From contig JYFJ02003986.1 of NCBI GenBank assembly GCA_000934665.2, positions 1 to 36,655 of the forward strand: a stretch of 36,655 nt of DNA. The letters are read 5' to 3'. This DNA is from Catajapyx aquilonaris (lineage: Eukaryota). Made by a program: the position numbers and the translations under genes. The notes below the pieces were generated by a model. The model was not told the origin of the DNA. It saw only the letters and a list, made by a program, of their open reading frames with translations, and made no database searches. This document shows positions 12,471-25,364 of this stretch, one piece after another; position 1 is the stretch's first letter, and the number at the start of each line of letters is the position of its first letter.

Positions 12471-13038
12471 ACTTACAATCCCTTAGTGACAAACGAAGCA
12501 GAAGTTGCAGCGACGCATCCACAATTGGTCTTGCTCTTCTGTGTGGCACAGTGCGCCCGAAGGCTTGCAAGTCAGCATGCTACTAAGCCGAAGTTTGCTG
12601 GCAGCAATAAGGAATCAATTTCCGTAGCATAACTTTGTGTGAGGATTGATTTTCAGCGGCTCGTAAATCAAGTGCTTGGATGCTGGTGCATCGAGAGACG
12701 GAGGCAGCCAAAGGCAAGCAAATTGGGAGAGATGGAGCAGAACCGCTCTTGTCTCCGTGGGAAACCCGTCATCTCAGCACGCTGCTCTCTTGCCAACTGC
12801 ACTAACTGTAAGAGCCATGCCGATCCACATTATTTTGCGACATTTCCTCGTTTGGAACGAAATGGAGGTGTTAATTACCTACATTAAGGCAGCACTAAGG
12901 ATTTTTGTGGGTTTCTACTTTGTCTAATTCATCAGAACGTTACAGTGCTGACACAACATGTCCATACAATGTAACTCGGACATAGTGGGGAAGGCGTTTC
13001 CAATCACAGGTTCTTGCTTTTGCTGCTATAATAATCGT

Positions 13039-13306
13039 GGTGACATGGTAGCATGGTGGTTTAGTTCACAGCCACACCACCTCTGAAGTTCGAGTTCGAA
13101 CCCCGGATAGAGTCAATGATTTTATCATATGGAGTGAGTTTTGATTGGTTCTCTCCGAATTTGTGTTGGTTTTCTCTGGGGTTTTCCTTATCCACACAAT
13201 CAGAATCCGTCAACAGCGCAGTTAATGCGTAAAGAAGGGGCATGAACACCCAAGAGGCCGTCAGGCCTATCACGTGGTAATCAACTATTGCATTATTAAT
13301 TAAGTT
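13039..13306 (+). mobile_element. SINE family A-related, older diverged copy
   Basis: A box-like tggtagcatggtggtttag and B box gagttcgaaccc. Decayed V-like block (ttctctccgaatttgtgttggttttctctggggttttcc). The 3' end caagaggccgtcaggcctatcacgtggtaatcaactatt aligns with ctaagaggcctaaggaggcctgtcacgggggtatccactatt of the 7457 copy. Possible TSD ataatcgt/atagtcgt. Confidence 0.75.
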
Positions 13307-14110
13307 ATAGTCGTTGATAGAAAAATTCATGTAGCTTACGGTATATAGTCACCAAAATGTTTTCCAAATTGTGGAATATAACCTACACTTCTTTCTAGCA
13401 ATTGATAAGGTTGGCAACCAGATGATTGAGACTTTAGCGCGCCTTTGTAATAATATAAATCACGCGCATTTGCTTGAAAAACAACAAATAGGCCTACGAC
13501 TGAAGTGTTTAGTAAGGTTACGTTATTGCATAACTTAGCATACCTGATAGATCTGTAATGTCATGTACGTACAGTACATCCGGCCTATTACGTGACGCAA
13601 ATAAAGGGCACCACAGATGGATCAATGTATTAGGCTCCCCATGTTATTGGCATTGTAGACTTGTATTGATCGATGTTCATATATTAGCACAGGTCACGGT
13701 TAAACGGTGGTTCGTCTTCCATTAACCAGTGAGGTAGTAATTTCATTGTTTATTCAAAATGGGTTATTCTGGCTTTTGCAATGTATCCGGAATTTTTATG
13801 ATTGTTTTGGTGTTTCCCAGTGTATGGAATGAACTGGAAGAAATTAACTTTAACTATTACAATCTTCTCGTGTTAAGGACACTGTGCATTAGCTACAACA
13901 AAATGTACTGTAGGTTATTCAATGTGGCTACTGATCATCATATTGTCTATACCTTATCTCATTTGCTAATTTTAGTTCTCTTGGAGTAGCATAGCCTACC
14001 TAAGTCAATGTCAGATTATAATGTGCAGACGTGAGAGGTTTTTAACTGACAATACATGCAAATAGGATAATCAGTTTATGTATATGATTCAAATTCGCAA
14101 ACACACATAA

Positions 14111-14258
14111 GGTGCTTTTGAACTAGAGAGCCAGAGGTATACTCGAGATGCTAATACGATGAAGTGGGAATGACTCCAGCAGCTCACTCACTTCACACAG
14201 CAGAGTAGACTGTGTCTGTCATCGCGACCACATCTCGAGCTGGTAGTGTAAAAGCACG
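14111..14258. mobile_element. Degenerate PIF/Harbinger-like MITE, copy 2
   Basis: taa|GGTGCTTTTGAACTAGAGAG ... TAGTGTAAAAGCACG imperfect TIRs. Internal ctcgagatg/catctcgag inverted pair. Homologous in reverse orientation to 457-577. Confidence 0.5.
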
Positions 14259-14656
14259 TGCAGGGTATAACAACTTACTGATGTCCCAAAGGCAAAGGTG
14301 GGCTAAACCTTGAACCTGTGAAGTACACAGGTCACTAGGTCTCTAGCCAAATATTGCCCCAAGAGAAGAGCAAGTTACTGGTTTGTTTCTCTTTTGATTA
14401 GATTAAAATTTTTGTTGTTTTCCAGCAGTGCTAATATATTTTATATAGCTGTTGATGGTAGTCCAAGAATGAGTCTTTTTAAGAACAAAAAAAAATAAAC
14501 AAGATTCAATTAGACGGTTTTTTCTTGAAATGCTGTCAGTAAAAATCACAATCAGTTAGGTAGGATGGATCCATTGACAATACGGTACTTTTCCCAAACT
14601 TGCGAGAAACGGCCGAAGCGAAATCGTGAGCGAGAAAGTGAAGCCAATAATACGTA

Positions 14657-15187
14657 CGAGGGGCGTTCATAAAGTTCGCGTCTTCGGGTTGGATAAAAAG
14701 AGAGAAACGGTTCAAATTACACACATGTGTTAGTCCTTCTCTCTTTATTAATCCTGTAGAGCCACACATTTTCTCCAGCAATGCACAACATGTCAGAAAC
14801 CACCATTGTAGAAGTTGACACTATGTGCTTGAAAAATGTTCTCAATCTCTGTTGTCGGGGGGCTTTTGTTTCTCCCATGGACACGAAGAGATATGCCGGT
14901 GGCAGTTTCGTCTACTGGCTGGGTCTCCCAAGCCGGACAGGTCTTTGGGGGCCATGGAAGAAACACAAGGGCCCTCCACCACGACAACAGCTAGGTTGAA
15001 AACATTTTTCAGGCCCATAGTGTCGACTTCAACAATGATGGTGTCTGACAGGTCGTGCATGGTTGGGAAAAATGCGAGGCTCTGCAGGATTCAATAGAGA
15101 GAATGACTAACACATGTGTGCAATTTGAACAATATATTTCTCTCTTTTCCTTCAACCCGAAGGCGCGAACTTTATGAACGCCCCTCG
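14657..15187. mobile_element. Mariner-derived fold-back MITE (531 bp) made of two inverted transposase 3' ends
   Basis: TA TSDs at 14655-56 and 15188-89. TIR CGAGGGGCGTTCATAAAGTTCGCG is perfect at both ends, with ~240-bp diverged inverted arms. The arms translate to VENIFQAHSVDFNNDGV*QVVHGWEKCEALQD (+, 14995-15090) and IENIFQAHSVNFYNGGF*HVVHCWRKCVALQD (-), matching the mariner C-terminal FYxxGIxxLVxRWxKCV motif. Confidence 0.9.
14943..15105 (+). pseudogene. Mariner (DD34D) transposase C-terminal remnant within the MITE right arm
   Basis: LWGPWKKHKG (cf. LFGPLKKHLGG just after the YSPDL motif) is followed, after a frameshift, by VENIFQAHSVDFNNDGV*QVVHGWEKCEALQDSIER. Disrupted by a stop and a frameshift. 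Confidence 0.7.
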
Positions 15188-17298
15188 TATATTCTCGAAC
15201 CCCATTGGTCCGTGGAGTCGTCCGTGAATTCAAGGGGCGAATTGGGTTCCCTCACAATTTCGCTAACACCGATTCTCGCGAGTTTGGGAACACACCTTGA
15301 GGTCTTTACCTTTGTGGTAAAGTATTGCTTCCCGCTTCTCACTATTCTGTTTCATGCTTTCCTGGAGGTGAGGCCTCGTAAATTCAATCGATCAGAGCAG
15401 CAAACTCGGAGTTTATTCTTAAGCATCATAAGTCCTATTTTTTCCCTTTGAACTTTTCACTCGGGTGGATACAGTAGAGGTCTTAACAAATTTTATGAGA
15501 ATTTGAACGCATTAACGTAACTTTTCAGTGTAAAAAATGTGTAACCTATTGATGTGTCCCTCACTAAACCCATCTTCAATTTCTGTATTCCTTAGAAATC
15601 AGTTACCGGTACCTACTATATTTGAACATGCTACCCATACATATTTGTTCTGCGCAACGCATATAGTGTAGTTTCCTTGCAAGTGCCTTAGCCCGACATC
15701 ATCAAGCAGCAAAATTTCTTCGCAAATTAACAAGATGGGAACCTGCAGTTTCGGTAGACGCGGAAAGATATTGCGTGTCACTGTAATTAATGAAACCCTT
15801 CGGAGCATATAATTAAACGTCGTCTTTGGATGTAGGTTGTTGGGGAGGTGGAATCTTGACAGCTTCTAGGTTCATCGCAACAGGTAATTGAATAGGAGCG
15901 TGTCTGAACGCCATTATCACGTGAGGCGTATGGAGAGGGACGAGGACCTTCGACACATGTGCAAGCCCAATTACCTAATTATTCTAGCATGTTTGATATA
16001 TCCCAGAAGTTAAATTTCTCTGGGATGGAAGAGGGTAAAAGAGAGGGCTGCAGTGCATCTTCGAAAGTTTTCTCCTGAGCCGAAGAAAAATGGAAAGGGG
16101 AGCAAAAAAAAGTACATTTCGTCTAGAGTTGGCTTGCACAGTTGGTCCTGGAAGATGACAATTTACTCCGTCTCTTTGACCTATAAACTTTCTCCTTTCT
16201 TTCCTCCAGTTCCTTTCTCGCAATCATTTCGTTCAAAACGAGAACTCTAGACTACTCGCACTGATGGACCCCTATTTTAGCTGGTATTCGGTGTGGCCCA
16301 ATTGAACTGGAAACGCAATTTCAGTATTGCATGTACTCATAAGCTAAAAAAGATCTCCATCGCATCGGCATGAAACACAATAGACTGCCTCCGAATAACA
16401 CTTCTCAACAACACTGCTAGCCTAATGGTTATCCTGGCAGCACGCTACAACAGAATTTTTTGGCTTAGTAACTGCAAGTACAAGCCTGTAAATTGCAACA
16501 GAAGACTGAAAACGTGGACTGGTTAAATTATTAGGATGATTTGAATCTTGCACAAAATGAAATAACTTGGAAAATCTCACATGGTATAAAAAATAATAAA
16601 ATGGCAATGAAAAACCATAAAAGGGATTCATTATGACACGATGAATAAGTCCACATCGTGAACTTATATTGTTTCATAAAAAATGTTAAATGCATAATAC
16701 GATGCTCCTGATTGTTATAAAGATCCTAGAAATAATTCTGCGTGAAAATTGAATTTTTATAGACTGTAGAGTAACAAAATGCAGAATTCTTGGAATGTAT
16801 GGTTTGGTATATTAGGGGAACCGCGGAAACTAAGACATGGGGAGAGGAAGATAGGAAAGGAGATTTTAGAGTGGGAAAAAAGAGACGAACTCAAAGAAAC
16901 ACACGCGAACAAGGAGAGAACGCCTGGAAGCTCTTTTCGCACACAAAAATCCCCCTTCCGACCTGCATATCAAACCTGGGACCTCATAGGTTGTGAATGA
17001 CTAATGGGGTGTCCGGCTATATGAATGTTCTGACAGTATTCAAATATTGCTGCCTTCTCAATACACCTCCCGCACTCTGATACAGCAGCTGCCACGTTTA
17101 CTATACCGTACATATTTCTACATCTCTTCCTAAAGTTGGAGTGTGGCAGTGCATTAAAACTTATTTGACATTTGAGCGGCGAGTTTCATTATTATTATGA
17201 CGTCAACTATTGTCCATTATTAATGGCGGATTCAGGGTTGGGACATAACTTAGATTATTATTTAAGATTCCCCGAAATTCGTCTATACTTACTTGTTA

Positions 17299-17506
17299 AT
17301 GGCGGTATCCACTTCTCAATATCAAGAGGTTTCAACCCGTTCAACCCCTTGAGCGGGCTTCAACCAAGTAGAGCACGGCCCTACTCGGTTCAACCCCTTG
17401 AATTCAATGGGTTGAACCGAGTAGAGCCGTGCTCTACTTGGTTCAAGCCCGTTCAAGGGGTTGAACTGGTTGAAACCCCTTGATATTGAGCAGTGGATAC
17501 CGCCCT
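17299..17506. mobile_element. PIF/Harbinger-type palindromic MITE (208 bp)
   Basis: Near-perfect palindrome centred on ttgaattcaa (17398-17407). Ends (a)tGGCGGTATCCACT / AGTGGATACCGCCc(t). TTA TSD at 17296-98 and 17507-09. Internal ttcaacc/ggttgaa sub-repeats. Confidence 0.88.
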
Positions 17507-17707
17507 TTAGTCTACTGATGCTAAACAAGTATACAGTATACAAACTAGAGTGCTATAATAGTCACCCCAGAACCATAGATGTCAGATTCTTTGTGAACAG
17601 ATAATTATGTAATGGGAGACCCAAACCTTGTGCCGAATCTGGACTGGTGTTAGAATGCAATCCAGGAGTGACAAATTCATCAACTCTTCCCCTCCTATAA
17701 ACTGTAG

Positions 17708-17900
17708 ATCCTCAACATATGGACAGAACTCATCATCTTTCATCTCATCCTTTCAACACCCCGACTCTGAAACAGGGAAGGCCACTTTGTGAGACCAATC
17801 CGGTTACCGGCACGTGTCCCACCGTGCAAGTGACAGACCCGTTCGGTACCGTGCCTCCGGTCTGGGACAACTCCTCACTCCGGGGTCGGAGCGTCATCAC
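17708..17900 (+). CDS. Candidate internal coding exon (193 bp) of an unidentified gene
   Basis: Pyrimidine-rich ctcttcccctcc...tgtAG acceptor and cac|GTAAGA donor. Only one + frame is open (PQHMDRTHHLSSHPFNTPTLKQGRPLCETNPVTGTCPTVQVTDPFGTVPPVWDNSSLRGRSVI). No homology recognised. Confidence 0.25.
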
Positions 17901-18080
17901 GTAAGAATAACCTCCGTCAAAGGAGGAAAAGAGAGGCGAGGCGAAAGTAAACAAGCCTCCAAGTGACTGCCAAAGAGTTTTCGGGAGCTAATTCAAACAA
18001 GCCCGCAGTAAACACGGGAGAAAACAGGTTGTCTAGAACGCGGCAGTTTGCTTTACTAAAGGAATGCGCAGCGGATGCAA

Positions 18081-18181
18081 GGGGGGGGGGGGGGNGGACA
18101 ACCCGCGGCGCTCTCCTCCCCATAAAGGCAGGGGGTGGAGGAGAGAGGGCGCCAGAGGGGGAGGGGGGGGGTGGAGAGGGG
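18081..18181 (+). other. G-rich tract (G14-N-GG, G9 and others), potential G4
   Basis: Directly visible. Ambiguous base N at 18095. Confidence 0.55.
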
Positions 18182-19362
18182 AGTTTGAAACCAACAAAGT
18201 GCAACTTCTTGTTGCAGGCGCTTCCTCTGCGAATAAGCCAGCGTGAATTGACAACAAACACATTCGTCGTTCGTGCTTCCGCCGCTACAGTTGACAGCTC
18301 GCAATAGGTGCCGCCCCCAAAAGTGTCGTCAAGACCCTCGGGAACGACAGTCCGGAGAAGAATCTGTCAGTGTTGTCCTGTTCGGTTGACCTTTCTTGGC
18401 TGGCCCAGTGGCCAAAAATTGGGAGTGGTGGCCAGGGGACTAACCGGGGAAAGAGCTTTCCGGAATATTAATACGGCATACCGCTCGTGTGGCACCAGCG
18501 GAAGTCAAGGGACGGAAGGGGTGTCGACAAAAGAATAGGCGGCACATTCTCCACATCTGGCGCGGATCCTGCCGAGCTTGCAGAAATTAAAGCTCCTCCC
18601 CAATAAACATGGACTGCATTCCAAATTAGATCAACCCTTTTGTTCTACCCACTCTTAATACTCTCAACGACGTGCTTTCTGCACTATTTACACTTGCTTT
18701 TGCTCTTTTTCTCCTGCAGTGTGGTGCCCATAATTGAGCCAGATCGAACCTTTCCAGCTTCATTTTTGTCTATATCTATATCCTAGGAGTCTACGCAATT
18801 CCCTGCGTCTCACTGGATCATAACTGGCTGCTCCACTGCGGCGGGCGGCGACTAAGTTAAATGCATCGGAATCTGCCGTCGGCGAGCGTAATGTGGGCCG
18901 CTTCTAGGTGCAGTAAAAGCACAATTTCTCAATAGCATACACGTTAATGTATTCATGTTGTCCTGGGGCCCAAATTAGATTTGACTGACCTTTTCATTTT
19001 AACTGGCGGGGGCAATTAAATATTCGGACTCACTTTGTAGATGCAAATGGAATGACAAATGGACCGGCATGTAAGCGATGACTACTTGCCGAGAACGTGA
19101 GCAGCTATAAAGCGGCCAAATTATCACGGTAACGAAATCGTAGGATCTACTTGATAGCACTTGTGATAAAACTCAGCGGGATCTCAATTGGGAAAAACAG
19201 ATGTAAATGGCGTCTTGTGAAAATACCCAGTTTAATTGCATTGGTCCTGCTGTGTTTTCACTTGGTCTGTGCTCTTTCTACTTGCAGTTGAAGAGCTGAA
19301 ATGCAGAACAATTACATTTACATTTTGGTTGAAATTGAGTTAGGCGTTGTTTAGTATATATA

Positions 19363-19608
19363 CAGGGTGTCCAGATTTGTGGGTCACTTTTTGATAACTG
19401 ATATCGCCCGATAGCAGTTATTTTTGTAGCTTGTTGTGCCCCTAACCATGTGCTCCATTAGCACCTGCTATATTCGACGCCCAGTGGATCGAATATAGCA
19501 GTAGTTATAGAATGGGTCACATGGTCAGGGGCACAACAAGCTACGAAAAATAACTGCTATGGGCGATATCAGTTATCAAAAAGTGGCCCACAAATCTGGA
19601 ACACCCTG
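19363..19608. mobile_element. Tc1/mariner-type fold-back MITE (246 bp)
   Basis: TA|CAGGGTGT...ACACCCTG|TA within TATATA context. Arms pair almost to the centre (e.g. gtagcttgttgtgcccct / aggggcacaacaagctac; ctgctatattcga / tcgaatatagcag). Confidence 0.92.
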
Positions 19609-22600
19609 TATATATAGCTCTTGATGGTCGTTTTCTGAGAGAGATATTACAGACCTAGAGAGAAATTTATGAAAATAATATTTATAACATAAGTCGTAAT
19701 GCAATATTCCAACTTCAACTTCAGTTATACTTGCTTTAAGTTGTCATTTTAAACCACTTAACAAGACAAAAGACGCTGCTCCATATAGTGGACGTAGAGA
19801 TCGGTGACCTACAGGTGGAGCGTTAAAAATACTAGGGTATGTTTACTATGTTTGAGTATTCAACTGCAATTAGTAAGAATGCATGCTTAACTACGTATTT
19901 AAACATGAAATGAAATAGCACGGACAACTTATCACTGATTTAATTATAAAATATGAACGCGAGTCTATTCACAGCAGAATTTGAAATTTTCCACATTCAG
20001 ATATCCCAATTCAAGGCAAACATTTCAGTTCAATTAGCAAGTGTAAGTGAACTGTTTTAAAGGGGAATGCGCTCTGATATTGAGTCCAGTGAGGAAAATA
20101 ATTTTACCCTCCATTCGATACGTTTGCACGTCGTAATTGAATTCCCAATTAATTACATAACTGAAAGATGCATCTGGCTGCTGATATGACTGCAGGCCTA
20201 GAAAAGGCCGTCATTTTTAATGGAACCGGAAGCAAATTTTGCAAGCTCATGAAAACAGCGAGCCCAGGCTGGAAAATCCGGAGCTTTCGGCAAGCTACGC
20301 AAAAGGCCCGTGTGCAGATGAAGAGGTGAACCCACAAACTCTCCGTGACTCTCAGCGGGTCAAATCCGCATGCAAGTCAGGTAGGGGCAGCCAGAACGTG
20401 CTATTCCTCACGGAGAGACCCACGTCCACTATCCAATCGCTTTCATCTGAATTCTTTATGCGCACTTGGGCCAGCCTTTCCCCGCCACGGTGTACACACA
20501 TGGCCTCCCGGAGGTCATTGTTGGACAAACTCGGCCAGATCCCATCGATCAGTGGTGGCCGGACTAGGGATACTTTGCATTTACCCACCTTTCACACCTG
20601 ATTTGTGGACATGTCCGGAGCTCGCATGCAGCCATTGGAATGCATTTGGCAGCTTTGGCTGTCGGGCAGTGGAGTGCAAATCAGTGTATCAAAAACACTC
20701 ATTTCGGGTATTGTGCCCAAAGCAGAGGGTGCCAGAGTGGGTGGGATGGAAAGTCGACTTGATGGAGTGTTGTAGCTGGGATTCATGGCGGCGAGAGGTG
20801 TTTCCTTCCAGCAGGAGTAGTTTGAGCTGTTCCCGTCACACTCCCTGTGTTTTCCCCATTTTCACCTGCGAGATACGATAGACTCGTTTACTCTGTCACT
20901 CTCGAGGCAAACTGATGGTTGCCAAGTGAGCAGCTTGTTTTTGGTGGGGCCAGAGCGGCGCATTTACCTGGTGTGTATCGTCCCTTCTTCAGCGAGAGAT
21001 GGCGAGAGCGACGTCGCGTCGCTCGCTGCCAGATGCATCACTGTCGCCTTCTGTTGTTACGAACGGGGGATACAACCAAGCCTGTGTATTACGGAATACA
21101 GTAGTATTGAACTCTTACAAACATTATTTAAATGTTACGTCTGCTTTGGAGCTTACCATGATGATAAAAAAGTTCCTTAACAACTAATGGAAGGTGTCGC
21201 TTTCAAAATTGACTTTTTTCTGAGTGACTATACATCTGCCAGTGTCTTCCATTATCGGAAAGAATTTTGATAGTATTTCTTCGACACCTTTTCCAGCCAC
21301 TTTGTCGTTTTAGCTTACACAGGCTCTGAGGCACTGTAACTCGTCACTTTAGTGCAGATGTCATTTATGAGGACAATGTGCCAAATACGCTGAATAGGGC
21401 ACTTTCGGAACATGTGGAAGTATTGTTCAAAGCTCTTTTTAGCTGAAGCAGATAGCAGGAAGAGGTTGAAATGGACGCATTCTGAGGGGTATATGTTTCG
21501 CAACTGAGGACAAGAAGTAATCCACCCACACACTTCCATGGAGAGAGTGTCCATCACTGGGGCTGACCAATCAACCGCCGCGCCTCCACCTTCCAGTAGC
21601 CAGTAGCAGTTTTAAAAAAAGCAGTCTGGGAACTTCCTGTTCACATTTCATGTTGCTGTATGCATTATCTTTATAATTTTCCAATTTCAAAAGTATCCTG
21701 TCGTATGCTGTTATGTAGCCTACAGTATGTTGTGCTGACATACTTAACGCCAGCAAGAAGCATTGCTTCTTGAAAGTTAGGCCTGGAAAGATTGTCATGT
21801 TATACAGTACTTGATATTTCTCCTGAGGCAGGACAGGATGGAGGATATAACCATGAACTCTCAGGATGAAATGATTATTTTATTTTGAAGCGAAATATGA
21901 AGTAGGCCTACAGTATAAGTAAGCCTTTCAAAGACCACATCAATGAAATTATTTTTGTTGCTTTCGAGTGACTTTTTTCCCGTATAGTACCCTATTGCGA
22001 AATACTGTCTAATGCGGGTTTGAGGGCGTAGAATATGACAGTAGGTTTCGGAATGTACAGTAGTCTACATGACATCCACATATATGTATCAGTCAAATAA
22101 CTTCTAACATGTTACCTGTCATAATTATGATTACTATAATCTATATCATTAAAAACCGACTGTCATGGAAACTCCTCCCGCACCGTACGGCCTACAGCTT
22201 TGGGAGTGGTGTCCAAATTTTGCCCGTGTTTTCTATATTTGCAAACCACTTTTTTTTTGGAAACTGTCCCGGCGAGGGACTTTGTAAAACTCAAAAAACG
22301 CAAAAAAAAGACCGCGTCCGTTTCACGGAATTCCCATCACTGCCGTTCCGGGCGCCAGGGCGTCACCTCCTGGGTGGCGACTCTCTTACTTCTGCACTTC
22401 ACCGTCGGATGTCGCTTCGATGCCTGTGCCTAGGTATATCATATGCTTATCACCTGTTACTTGTACAGTAATTCATTATGCTTTGTACATTTATGTTGGA
22501 TAACTTATTTGACTGATGGTTACATCCCATCAACATTATTTTATTCGTAAAAAAATGCTGACGTGGCTTCTCAGATAATCCTTAACAGTCTTTGTAACAC

Positions 22601-23117
22601 TAGACATCTGCATGCCTTTTTCTTGATATAGCAACAGTAACCTATAATCACCTTGAAACATGTTTGAAAAACCCCATGTGGGGTAATACAATCTTCAAAC
22701 ATTAATCATTATATCCCAAAAGCAGTAATATGAACTGTCATCATTATGCATTTCAGGTCTTCATTTGTTTTGCTGTTGAGCAAAACATATTATATAAAAC
22801 TAGCCTGCCAGTAAAGTAAATATCGGACCTGACATTCAATCATGTCACTCAAATGTCACTTGTCATGTCTCTTGTGTTATCAGTCGCCTCTACTGTCAAT
22901 TACGAAGGATTTCCAAATGAGGCCGGATAGTGGACACATCTGTGAGATTATTATACAGTTGTCACACAGTGTACCTAAACACCCTAGTCCTTTAGCATAT
23001 ACTATAGAGCTCATAAAGTTCCATTCCGGGACGCACGGCTCTTATTATGACCGACAGGTGGGGTTATTTTAGAAAAAAATTGGCTGATGCCTATATGCAC
23101 ATGCCCTGGACAATATA

Positions 23118-23448
23118 CAGGGTGTCTCATCTTTTTTGTCCGAACAGTTATCGGAAAATTGCGCGTAGCTGCTACTTTTTAAGCAGTGACTTGCAAACGG
23201 TGATTTTTCGGAGGAACGGGGAATATTCCCTGCGAATCGTAGGTAGAAGTGGCATACGTGCTGCCCGCTGAAAATTGACAGGTCAAGCCTGGAAAAAAGA
23301 GGGTCACACATGCCATAGGATGTGTGACCCTCTTTTTCCCCATTCCCCATTCCTCCGACGAATCACCGTTTGCAAGTCACTGCTTAAAAAGTAGCAGCTA
23401 CGCGCAATTTTCCGATAACTGTTCGGACAAAAAAGATGATACACCCTG
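23118..23448. mobile_element. Tc1/mariner-type MITE (331 bp) with 107-bp TIRs and an internal hairpin
   Basis: TA|CAGGGTGT...ACACCCTG|TA. Arms 23118-23224 and 23342-23448 differ at ~4 positions. Internal ~20-bp stem at 23291-23339. Confidence 0.93.
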
Positions 23449-23714
23449 TATATTTTGTGAATACAACCCAAGAAGAGCTTTGGATACCATGGCTCTTCTG
23501 GCTTTCACGTATACAGTACAGTATAAGTTATGGTGCTGCAAAAGTATGTAGTTCACGAAATCTGTATGGCCTCCATTTCATTGGCTTCAGAATTGCGAAA
23601 GTCACTCCTCGGAGTCTCAACTTCCAGAGTGATCATTTTTTCTCTCTCGAAACCCTCCAAGTTGTTGTACTGAATATTCCCCTACAGTGACGAAGGGCGC
23701 CCAATTCAAAACAG

Positions 23715-23718
<4 letters not shown>

Positions 23719-23784
<66 letters not shown>
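23719..23784 (+). repeat. (GA)33 microsatellite
   Basis: Directly visible. Confidence 0.97.
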
Positions 23785-23788
<4 letters not shown>

Positions 23789-25364
23789 TCTGTTTGCATT
23801 CCAGTAGGTATCGTGCGGAAAATTGCTTCCCTCTGAACCACGGGCTTCGTACTTGCGGGGAAACCCCTTCCCCCGCCGCCAATTTTTCAGTTCCGGCTCT
23901 CAATCTTGCCGCAACTTATCATACTCCCTAGGGCAAATACGCGACTGCGAGGGGGGAGTGGGGAGAGGAGAAGGGAGAGGCGGAGGTGGCATTCGTGCGG
24001 CTCCAGTTGCGTGATGACGCATGACAAGCCATGTACATGGTGAACCAAAATGTTGCAATGAATAACATAGGCCTACCTCGGTTATAACATACTTTTTTCG
24101 CGGTCCCTTGAAATATGTTATATCCGGAGGCAACTGTATAACGGCCATTTCAATTGGAACACTATAATATTACAAAAGCACTACTGTCACTGTCTTGCCA
24201 TAAAATAAAGAATTTTCTGGAAAATTACAGCGTAGAACTAGCACGTACTGTAATATCTCTTCACTGTCACTACCATTATATTTTCCTTGTTTTGAAAGCA
24301 GCAAAGTAGGCGTTACCCGGTAAAGGACAAAAGTCGAAAGCAGCCCACTCTTATTCCCGCATCGCATTCTCTAGTTGGCTTTTGTCTGCGAAGAAATCTT
24401 TTGAAAAGCTCTTACTGAAGAACCTTTTAAAAAGGTAAGATAAGGTGTCATATACGGGGAGGTCTAGTGAAGTGGCTGTGGCTCAAAATAGAAGTCGCGA
24501 GGTAGAAGGTGAAAGGGCCCAAACAAGTATGCGGTGTACATGTGGGTGTCAGAAAAATGATTTCATCTCCTGTTTGGAGTGTATAGACTCATCATCTATA
24601 CGTCTAATATAGCATAAGTCCATTATACTACTTTTGCCGAGGCTTTGCGGCACATTGTGGTACTGAATCGAACATATATTAGCTAAACCCAACAGTAGAT
24701 ATACCATATTTTCCTATATAATACCACTTAGCAGCTTTTAAAGATCCTAGGAAATATTTTATGGACCCAAAATGCAAGCGTTTAATCCCTTCTCTTCCCA
24801 GTGCAGCGCCCGAAAAACCGAGAGTAAAAAGCAAGTCGTGAGGCCAAAAACGGCGGCAAATAATCTCCACGAACAGTCCGGAACAAGTGTGCCGAATCTA
24901 GTCCGGAAAGCAGGTTCAGCAAACCAGCTATTACGAGAGGGGGGAGTGGCCACAATCAAAAGGCAAGTCGCGACACAACTTTGCTGACATTCTCGGCCCC
25001 GGAAAATTGGGCCCCGGAGACTTTTTGGTGATACCATCTCCAGTCGGAGACCCATAATGCCTGGGCAATCTTCAGGTGGTTGCTGCGACAACTCGCACAA
25101 TATCATCATTGGCAGCCTTCCCTCCTCTCGCATCAAGGGCCTGGAATAGCTGCCGCTTTGGGGGAATACTCCCCCTTCCCAAATCATATCCAGAAATGGC
25201 GTTGAAAATGGCACGACACTGGCCCCAACATCACGTTGATCCGGAACCTTCATTTTTTTGTGGCTGTCACATGACCTTTTCTATTCTTCTGGATCACATC
25301 TGAGAGCATTCTAAACCTTTCTGGAGATTTGACATCAAGGAGGACAATATATTTATGCCACGTA

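Noticed and set aside
13730..13739. let-7-like tgaggtagta
   Set aside because: Seed-length match only. The 3' half differs and there is no hairpin.
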